Assembly: GCF_000009705.1 (NCBI RefSeq)
Contig: NC_003272.1
Location: 5,460,001 to 5,492,000, forward strand
DNA: 32,000 nucleotides
Direction: 5' to 3'
Source of the DNA: Nostoc sp. PCC 7120 = FACHB-418
GTDB taxonomy: Bacteria > Cyanobacteriota > Cyanobacteriia > Cyanobacteriales > Nostocaceae
The notes under the pieces are model-generated. The model ran no database searches, was not told where the DNA came from, and saw only the letters and a program-made list of their open reading frames with translations. Position 1 is the stretch's first letter, and every line of letters begins with the position of its first letter. Of the stretch, positions 25,792 through 32,000 are shown piece after piece. The position numbers and the translations under genes were made by a program.

Positions 25792-26388
25792 GTGGTGAAC
25801 TATCCCAGAGCTTATACTGCGGAGCAAAGCCGTCCCATTAATTTGGTTGGCAAACAGGGACAAGCAGTTCAAATTTCTATTCATTACCCCAGTCAGTATA
25901 TCTGTGCCAACCGCGAACGGATATTACCAGATTGGCAAGAACAAGCTCTATTTTGGGTTGTGATTGTTTTACAGCAATCAAAATATCCGTTGGTAAAAAG
26001 CACGGCAGAAATTGAGAGAGAAAAAGAACATCTGCGAGAAAAGTTTATGAGATTTGGCTGCGATTTAGCTTTTGAACTGCGCGATCGCGGTTATCTAGCA
26101 GACCTCATAGATCCTCGCACCGGTTACCCTATGCTTTCCCGCCCAGGGGTGATTCCTCATAATGATACAGCCGTTGTCAAAGCTTTACTTAATTACCCGG
26201 TCTTAAAAAACAAGTGTTCTGTGATCGTCCATCCTCATTGGGGTACTGCTGTTTATCCAAGTATTTTTCTTTCCGCAGCACCACCAAAGATTTTGGAATG
26301 GGCGATCAAAAGCATATCATCTATGCACGGATGGCAAGAAATTGAGGAAGATGATCACAGAGAGGGGTGTAAGGGTGTGAGGGTGTGA
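25792..26388 (+). CDS. MMADHC-like protein (homolog of the human cblD cobalamin-trafficking protein)
   Basis: EIEREKEHLREKFMRFGCDLAFELRDRGYLADLIDPRTGYPMLS and CSVIVHPHWGTAVYPSIFLSAAPP align with the human MMADHC C-terminal region as I recall it ([42 protein letters not shown] and [25 protein letters not shown]). The GTG start is uncertain. Confidence 0.8.
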   Translation: MVNYPRAYTAEQSRPINLVGKQGQAVQISIHYPSQYICANRERILPDWQEQALFWVVIVLQQSKYPLVKSTAEIEREKEHLREKFMRFGCDLAFELRDRGYLADLIDPRTGYPMLSRPGVIPHNDTAVVKALLNYPVLKNKCSVIVHPHWGTAVYPSIFLSAAPPKILEWAIKSISSMHGWQEIEEDDHREGCKGVRV

Positions 26389-26396
26389 GGGTGTGC
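26365..26396. repeat. 8-bp tandem repeat (GGGTGTGA-type x4) covering the last codons and stop of the MMADHC-like gene
   Basis: Direct reading gives gggtgtaa gggtgtga gggtgtga gggtgtgc. The stop TGA at 26386-26388 lies in unit 3. Confidence 0.85.
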
Positions 26397-26506
26397 GATA
26401 AATCTAGGTTTTTAATCCAAGGATTTCTAATTCACTTCAATTTATCTTAAAGGGCAGACTTTAAGATATTTTAGGGAATATGAGACTTTGTAGTTAATCT
26501 GTACAG

Positions 26507-28336
26507 TTACTCTATTTTTAAGTTAATTGGTAACCGCGCATAAACGCCTTGTGGGTCGTTCATAGTCTGTAAAATAGAGATTTCCTGTTGGATTTTTTGG
26601 ATTTGTACTGTTAATGGGTCATTTGGTTTAACGTCCAACTTCTTAATTCCCAAAGTAGTACTAATTTCCTCGACTACCCCGCCAAAAAAGCGCTCTTCAA
26701 ATGAGCTTTCTCTGGGATATTCTCTTAATTGCCAATCTTTACCTAGTTTCGCTGCTTTAGCTGCGTATTCTATGGCGGCGTTTAAACCACCGATTTCATC
26801 AACCAAACCAATTTGTTTTGCAGTTACACCAGACCAAACTCTACCTTGAGCGATTTCGGCTACTTTTTGTGTGGGTAACTTGCGACCTTGAGCAACTTTG
26901 TTGACAAACATATTGTAAATGCGGTCAACACTGCGCTGGTAAATCGCTATCTCTTGGGGTGATTTGGGACGAGCGACGGTTTGGGAATCCGCATAACGTG
27001 CCGTTTTGACAGCATCCCAGGTGATACCATTATCGTTTGCTAGCTTCTGCCCGTTAAATAGTACGCCAAATACACCGATGGAACCGGTGATTGTATTAGG
27101 TTCGGCAAAAATTCGGTTGGAGTCGGTGGCTATCCAGTAACCACCAGAAGCGGCATAATCACCCATAGATACAACAACGGGTTTGCTTTCACGAGTCAAG
27201 CGTATTTCTCGCTGCATTACTTCTGATGCTGTAGCGCTACCACCAGGACTATTGATGCGTAAGACAACTGCTTTGACATTTTCATCTTGTCTGATTTTAT
27301 TAAAGATGCGGGCAAAGCGATCGCCTCCGATTTGCCCATCATCGCCTTTACCATCGACAATATCGCCTTCGGCATAAACTACGGCAATCTTATTTTTAGA
27401 ATTTTTTTCTAAGCCTAAAGACTGTCCAGGTACTTGAGCATATCGGCGCAGGCTAATTTGAGTAAATGTATTATCCTTTTTATTGCTACCTGTTAATTTC
27501 TTGAGGTCAGCAACTACCTGATCGTTGTACGCTACTTGATCGACTAAGCCATTAGTCTTAGCTTCCGTTGCTTCCAATAAAGATTGATTATCGGCGATCG
27601 CTTGCAGTTTTTGTGGGTTAATTTTCCGGCTATTGCCAACGGTGGTACGCCATTCACCCCAAACATCGTCCAATAATTTTTGAGTTTGTTCGCGGTTTTC
27701 TGGACTCAGTTTATCTAACAAGAACGGTTCAACTGCTCCCTTAAATTTTCCGGCTCGTACAACCTGAACGCCAATACCGTACTTTTGCAAAGCTCCGGCT
27801 AAGAACATTGGTTGGCTACTCAAACCATTGATTTCTAGTCCACCCAAAGGATTAAGGGCGATAGTATCAGCTACCGAACTGAGGTAATATTCCTTCTCGT
27901 CCCAAGCCACACCATAGGCGATTACCTTTTTCCCAGATTTACGGAATTCTTCTAGAGCTTTGCGGATTTCTTTCAACGACGCAAAACCCAGGTTATTGCC
28001 TCCACGACTACCATCTAGGTAAATAGCAACGATGCGTTTATCTCGTTGTGCTTTTTCTAAACTATCGATAACATTACGGAGTGTCATCCGTTCTTGTGTA
28101 ACGCCGGAAAATCTATTTTGTAGCTCTTCACCAGCACTTGGTTCTCTGTCGGTGATGTTCATGGACAAGTCGAACACCACTACTGATTTATCTTTAACTA
28201 CTGGGCCGGTATTGCTGGAACTAGCAGCAGCAAACAATAATAATAAAAGTCCTGTAGTACCTGCACCAGCGAACAGAAACAGTCCTAATAATGTACCTAG
28301 TAAGCTAGCAAGAGTTTGTTTAAAGAAGTTACTCAT
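26507..28336 (-). CDS. sppA: signal peptide peptidase SppA, 67K type (protease IV)
   Basis: It is a 609-aa protein with an N-terminal TM helix and two tandem ClpP/crotonase-like halves. SMGDYAASGGYWIA contains the catalytic Ser. Confidence 0.9.
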   Translation of the reverse strand: MSNFFKQTLASLLGTLLGLFLFAGAGTTGLLLLLFAAASSSNTGPVVKDKSVVVFDLSMNITDREPSAGEELQNRFSGVTQERMTLRNVIDSLEKAQRDKRIVAIYLDGSRGGNNLGFASLKEIRKALEEFRKSGKKVIAYGVAWDEKEYYLSSVADTIALNPLGGLEINGLSSQPMFLAGALQKYGIGVQVVRAGKFKGAVEPFLLDKLSPENREQTQKLLDDVWGEWRTTVGNSRKINPQKLQAIADNQSLLEATEAKTNGLVDQVAYNDQVVADLKKLTGSNKKDNTFTQISLRRYAQVPGQSLGLEKNSKNKIAVVYAEGDIVDGKGDDGQIGGDRFARIFNKIRQDENVKAVVLRINSPGGSATASEVMQREIRLTRESKPVVVSMGDYAASGGYWIATDSNRIFAEPNTITGSIGVFGVLFNGQKLANDNGITWDAVKTARYADSQTVARPKSPQEIAIYQRSVDRIYNMFVNKVAQGRKLPTQKVAEIAQGRVWSGVTAKQIGLVDEIGGLNAAIEYAAKAAKLGKDWQLREYPRESSFEERFFGGVVEEISTTLGIKKLDVKPNDPLTVQIQKIQQEISILQTMNDPQGVYARLPINLKIE

Positions 28337-28382
28337 TAGTTATTAGTTATTTAGTTTAGTTATTTAGTCATTAGTGATTAGC
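28335..28382. repeat. STRR-like heptamer array (ATTAGTT type)
   Basis: attagtt attagtt atttagt.. lies between the sppA start and the fni stop. Confidence 0.7.
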
Positions 28383-28413
28383 CAATCATGCCTAACCATT
28401 TCTACCTATTCAT

Positions 28414-29466
28414 TTATTGTAGGCGTTGTAAACTACCAGAGTGTTTTAACTGATCTAAATTGGCGTTGCCGGTGCAAAATAAGACTGTGGTGATTTCCGC
28501 AATTAATACCTCAGTTAAATCTTGTAGGGCGGCTTCTGATTCTACGGCCGCTTGCAGAAAAGGCATAGCTAAACCGGCGATATCTGCACCTAAGGCGATC
28601 GCTTTAGCAACGTCAAGTCCATCACGCAAACCACCAGAGGCGATTAAGGGAATATGGGGGGCGATCGCTCTTACACTTGTAATACACTCTGCTGTGGGCA
28701 TTCCCCAATCCGCAAAGGTTCTACCTAAACGCCTTTGCATAGCGTTCTCTGCTCTTTCTCCTTCTACCTTTGCCCAAGAAGTACCACCCGCACCGGCTAC
28801 ATCAATTGCTTGCACTCCCGCAGCAATCAACTTTTCAGCCATTGCGCCGGAAATGCCATTGCCCACTTCTTTCGCAATTGCAGGTACTGGCAGTTTGCTG
28901 CATAGCTGATTTATTTTGTCAAGTAATCCTCGGAAATTCACATCACCTCTAGGTTGAATACACTCTTGTAGAGGATTGATGTGCAGAATCAAAGCATCCG
29001 CCTCTAGCATATCGATGATACGCAGACATTCATCTAAACCATATTTGTAGTTAAGTTGCACCGCACCTACATTAGCGAACAGCAGCACATCGGGCGCATA
29101 CTTGCGGATGGCAAATGTGTCAGCTACCTGGGGTTTTTCTACTGCCACCCGTTGGGAACCCACACCCATTGCCAATTTATAGTGTTGGGCAAGTCCGGCT
29201 AAACGCTGGTTAATGATTCCTGCTTCTTCGGTTCCTCCAGTCATGGAGGAGATTAACAAAGGTGCATTCAGCTTTTTACCTAAAAAAGTCGCGCTCAGAT
29301 CAATATCGTTGCGGTCTATTTCTGGTAAGCAAGAATGAGTGAAACGATAGCGTTCTAGTCCGTTGGTAGTGTCGCGGAATTGTACGTCTTCTTCCAAGCA
29401 GATGCGGATATGGTCTGCTTTGCGTGATTGGGTTTGAGCAGAATCGCTGGTAGTAGGTGGGTTCAC
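28414..29466 (-). CDS. fni: type 2 (FMN-dependent) isopentenyl-diphosphate delta-isomerase
   Basis: [33 protein letters not shown] and [19 protein letters not shown] are present. The start is GTG at 29466. Confidence 0.9.
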   Translation of the reverse strand: MNPPTTSDSAQTQSRKADHIRICLEEDVQFRDTTNGLERYRFTHSCLPEIDRNDIDLSATFLGKKLNAPLLISSMTGGTEEAGIINQRLAGLAQHYKLAMGVGSQRVAVEKPQVADTFAIRKYAPDVLLFANVGAVQLNYKYGLDECLRIIDMLEADALILHINPLQECIQPRGDVNFRGLLDKINQLCSKLPVPAIAKEVGNGISGAMAEKLIAAGVQAIDVAGAGGTSWAKVEGERAENAMQRRLGRTFADWGMPTAECITSVRAIAPHIPLIASGGLRDGLDVAKAIALGADIAGLAMPFLQAAVESEAALQDLTEVLIAEITTVLFCTGNANLDQLKHSGSLQRLQ

Positions 29467-29578
29467 TGGTAGGGATGACTTATGGCTTGCGATTACTATT
29501 GTATGGGTTACTCACCCAGAGAGGTGGAAAGGCAGCATCGTAACTTACTGTAGCCAGAGTCTGTGCTTTTAGATATAG

Positions 29579-29689
29579 GACTTACGCATGAAAAGTAAAG
29601 ATCAAGGGTTTGGAGAAGGGTATAGGGGTATAAATTTGAAACCTTTACCCCTATACCCGGTCTCAACAGACAACCTGTGTGCGTAAGTC
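29579..29689. repeat. nested inverted-repeat (MITE-like) element upstream of psbA
   Basis: The outer 10-bp inverted repeat is gacttacgca (29579-29588) / tgcgtaagtc (29680-29689). The inner 13-bp inverted repeat is gggtataggggta (29618-29630) / tacccctataccc (29646-29658). Confidence 0.6.
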
Positions 29690-29830
29690 ATAAGATAAGC
29701 AAAGCTGACAATCTATATAGTTTTTACTCATATTAAAAAGATGCTGGTATTTGTAAAGTAGTGTAAAGTATTAACACAGGCAGAAAAACAACCGCCTGAT
29801 TCATAAATAATTAATCGCAATCATAAAAAC

Positions 29831-30913
29831 ATGACCGCAACCTTACAACAGCGCAAAAGCGCCAACGTATGGGAACAGTTCTGCGAGTGGATTACCAGCA
29901 CCAACAACCGTCTATACATCGGTTGGTTCGGCGTACTAATGATCCCCACCTTGCTAGCTGCAACCACCTGCTTCATCATCGCCTTCATCGCTGCACCCCC
30001 AGTAGACATCGACGGCATCCGTGAACCAGTAGCAGGTTCCTTAATCTACGGAAACAACATCATCTCCGGTGCAGTTGTTCCCTCCTCCAACGCTATCGGC
30101 TTGCACTTCTACCCAATTTGGGAAGCAGCATCCTTAGACGAGTGGTTGTACAACGGTGGCCCTTACCAATTGGTAATTTTCCACTTCTTGACAGGCGTAT
30201 TCTGCTACTTAGGACGTGAATGGGAACTATCCTACCGCTTAGGAATGCGTCCTTGGATCTGCCTAGCATTCTCTGCACCAGTAGCAGCAGCAACCGCAGT
30301 ATTCTTGATCTACCCAATCGGACAAGGTTCCTTCTCAGATGGTATGCCCTTGGGTATCTCCGGCACCTTCAACTTCATGATCGTGTTCCAAGCAGAACAC
30401 AACATCTTGATGCACCCCTTCCATATGTTGGGTGTAGCTGGTGTATTCGGTGGTTCCTTGTTCTCTGCAATGCACGGTTCCTTGGTAACCTCTTCCTTAG
30501 TTCGTGAAACAACCGAAAACGAATCACAAAACTACGGTTACAAATTCGGACAAGAAGAAGAAACCTACAACATCGTTGCTGCACACGGTTACTTCGGTCG
30601 CTTGATCTTCCAATACGCATCCTTCAACAACAGCCGTCAACTGCACTTCTTCCTAGCTGCATGGCCTGTAATCGGTATTTGGTTTACCGCTTTAGGTGTA
30701 AGCACAATGGCGTTCAACTTGAACGGTTTCAACTTCAACCAATCCATCATCGACTCACAAGGTCGTGTAATCAATACCTGGGCTGACATCATCAACCGCG
30801 CTAACTTGGGTATGGAAGTAATGCACGAGCGTAACGCTCACAACTTCCCTCTAGATTTGGCTGCTGGTGAAGTTGCTCCTGTTGCAATAAGCGCTCCTGC
30901 TATCAACGGTTAA
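29831..30913 (+). CDS. psbA: photosystem II reaction-centre protein D1 (precursor with 16-aa C-terminal extension), Glu130 isoform
   Basis: It is a full-length canonical D1. The Mn-cluster ligand context [14 protein letters not shown] ends at Ala344 and is followed by [16 protein letters not shown]. Residue 130 is Glu (gaa at 30218-30220, in LGREWELSY). Confidence 0.97.
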   Translation: MTATLQQRKSANVWEQFCEWITSTNNRLYIGWFGVLMIPTLLAATTCFIIAFIAAPPVDIDGIREPVAGSLIYGNNIISGAVVPSSNAIGLHFYPIWEAASLDEWLYNGGPYQLVIFHFLTGVFCYLGREWELSYRLGMRPWICLAFSAPVAAATAVFLIYPIGQGSFSDGMPLGISGTFNFMIVFQAEHNILMHPFHMLGVAGVFGGSLFSAMHGSLVTSSLVRETTENESQNYGYKFGQEEETYNIVAAHGYFGRLIFQYASFNNSRQLHFFLAAWPVIGIWFTALGVSTMAFNLNGFNFNQSIIDSQGRVINTWADIINRANLGMEVMHERNAHNFPLDLAAGEVAPVAISAPAING

Positions 30914-30933
30914 TTCTGAATTCTTAATTCAAT

Positions 30934-30970
30934 AAAAAAGCGTCTCCTGCAAAGGGGGCGCTTTTTTGTT
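30934..30970 (+). terminator. rho-independent terminator of psbA
   Basis: aaaaaagcgtctcc-tgcaaa-ggggGcgctttttt forms a GC-rich stem followed by T6. Confidence 0.8.
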
Positions 30971-31173
30971 GTTTATTATAGCGATTCCTAGTTAAGTTAG
31001 TTACAGACGATATTTTGAAACGCAAAGGGGCGCTGAGTAAAGCGCAGAGGTACGCAGAGATTTGTAGCTCATCAGACTAGTAAACGCTATATTTAAAAAT
31101 CATCTCTTTGGTGACCAGTAATTGGTAATAGTAAAAACAATTACCTGTTAGCCATTAGCAATCAACAAGAAGA

Positions 31174-31986
31174 TTAGCTAATATCATCTGAATTAACCCA
31201 TTCGTCGTAGGATGAATCGTAACCTGTGTAATGAATAAAATATTGATTTCCTTGAATTTTCTCAATGGTTGCAGTGTACCAAGTTTCTTCTTCATCACTC
31301 CAACATTTGACCTTTTTACCAACTGCATATCCGTTGGCATCAGATGAGGCATAATCAGTAGCGCGAATATCATCTTTGCCAACCCACTCATTATGGGATG
31401 AACCATAGCCAATATAGTTTATAAAGAACTGGTCATCTTGAACTTTCTCAATTGTGGCTTGATACCAGTCTTCTTCTTCTTCATCCCAGACTTCTATTTT
31501 TTTGCTGACTGCATACTGACTAGTATCTGATTTCACAGCAGATGATGAATCTTGAATAGGCTGTGTTGTCTCTTGTTTTATTTCTTCTTTAACTAAAGTA
31601 TGGGCTTTCAAAATCAATCTCCGAGCTACTGATTGAATACCTGTATGCTCAAAGTAATTGGTAGTTTGGTCTAGGAATGCAGCGACAAAATCTAAATTAT
31701 CATCAGCAATTTGGATGAAATTACCAAGATGACTAGAAATAGATTGTGGGGTGATACCTGTCTTAGTGACTAAGTTATTCATCCAGCCTTGAACAGCATT
31801 GAAACCTTGATTGATAAAGCCCAGTTTATCAGTGGGATTACTTCCTGGTAAGGAGCTATTGACGGCTAAGAAAACAGGATTTTGAGTGATGCTGTTAGAT
31901 TCAGCACCGCTAATGATTCCCTGGATTTTGCTGAGGAAGTCGGGGCCTAATGGTAGGATGCCATCTAGACAAACTAGAGCTACCAT
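31174..31986 (-). CDS. protein with two C-terminal SMN-like Tudor domains; reading frame still open at the window end
   Basis: There are two 51-aa repeats (aa 158-208 = nt 31363-31515; aa 220-270 = nt 31177-31329) of the form YAV.KK....W..EEE.WY.ATIEK.Q..Q.FI.Y.GY.SS..EWV...DI. No in-frame stop lies between ATG 31986 and nt 32000 (..SLIRM), so the true start may lie beyond the window. Confidence 0.75.
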   Translation of the reverse strand: MVALVCLDGILPLGPDFLSKIQGIISGAESNSITQNPVFLAVNSSLPGSNPTDKLGFINQGFNAVQGWMNNLVTKTGITPQSISSHLGNFIQIADDNLDFVAAFLDQTTNYFEHTGIQSVARRLILKAHTLVKEEIKQETTQPIQDSSSAVKSDTSQYAVSKKIEVWDEEEEDWYQATIEKVQDDQFFINYIGYGSSHNEWVGKDDIRATDYASSDANGYAVGKKVKCWSDEEETWYTATIEKIQGNQYFIHYTGYDSSYDEWVNSDDIS

Positions 31987-32000
31987 GCGGATTAAGGAAG

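Noticed and set aside
30093-30620. Several ORFs inside psbA on both strands (30093..30317 -, 30220..30507 +, 30375..30620 -) and 29821..30018 -
   Set aside because: All lie in alternative frames of a strongly codon-biased, unambiguous psbA gene.
31155-31412. 85-aa minus-strand ORF overlapping the Tudor-domain gene in another frame
   Set aside because: It lies nested within the better-supported 270-aa ORF, whose repeats show clear protein-level conservation.

Overview
This window looks like a chromosomal segment of a filamentous Nostoc/Anabaena-type cyanobacterium. The evidence is a canonical psbA, more than 20 copies of the HIP1 octamer GCGATCGC found by eye, and heptameric STRR arrays (CCCCAGT, TTGGTCA and ACTGTTG types) at most gene boundaries. 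I can support about 27 protein genes. Most are core functions: a complete pstSCAB phosphate transporter with a Pho box, trmFO, bioY, lspA, apt, sppA, fni, psbA, and a class A PBP with an N-terminal FHA domain. I saw no rRNA, tRNA, CRISPR, transposase, integrase or phage genes.

Five places seem most worth a second look:
- A yqhD / TetR / tautomerase / thioesterase / GST cluster has the same GACC-N4-GGTC palindrome in front of three transcription units, which suggests an unrecognised electrophile or aldehyde detoxification regulon.
- A protein at the window end carries two C-terminal SMN-like Tudor domains with an intact aromatic cage.
- A PstS-like lipoprotein is coupled to an orphan sensor kinase and followed by an ExbB-like channel that has no ExbD.
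- There is a clear homolog of the human cobalamin-trafficking protein MMADHC.
- A translationally coupled pair of conserved cyanobacterial proteins of unknown function has an internally duplicated extracytoplasmic module in one member.

Several non-coding structures are also visible directly in the sequence. These are a MITE-like insertion with 12-bp direct repeats, twin hairpin+STRR modules flanking the PBP gene, a nested palindromic element upstream of psbA, and three identical 51-bp coding repeats.

All family assignments come from reading motifs and from memory of reference sequences. No searches were run.
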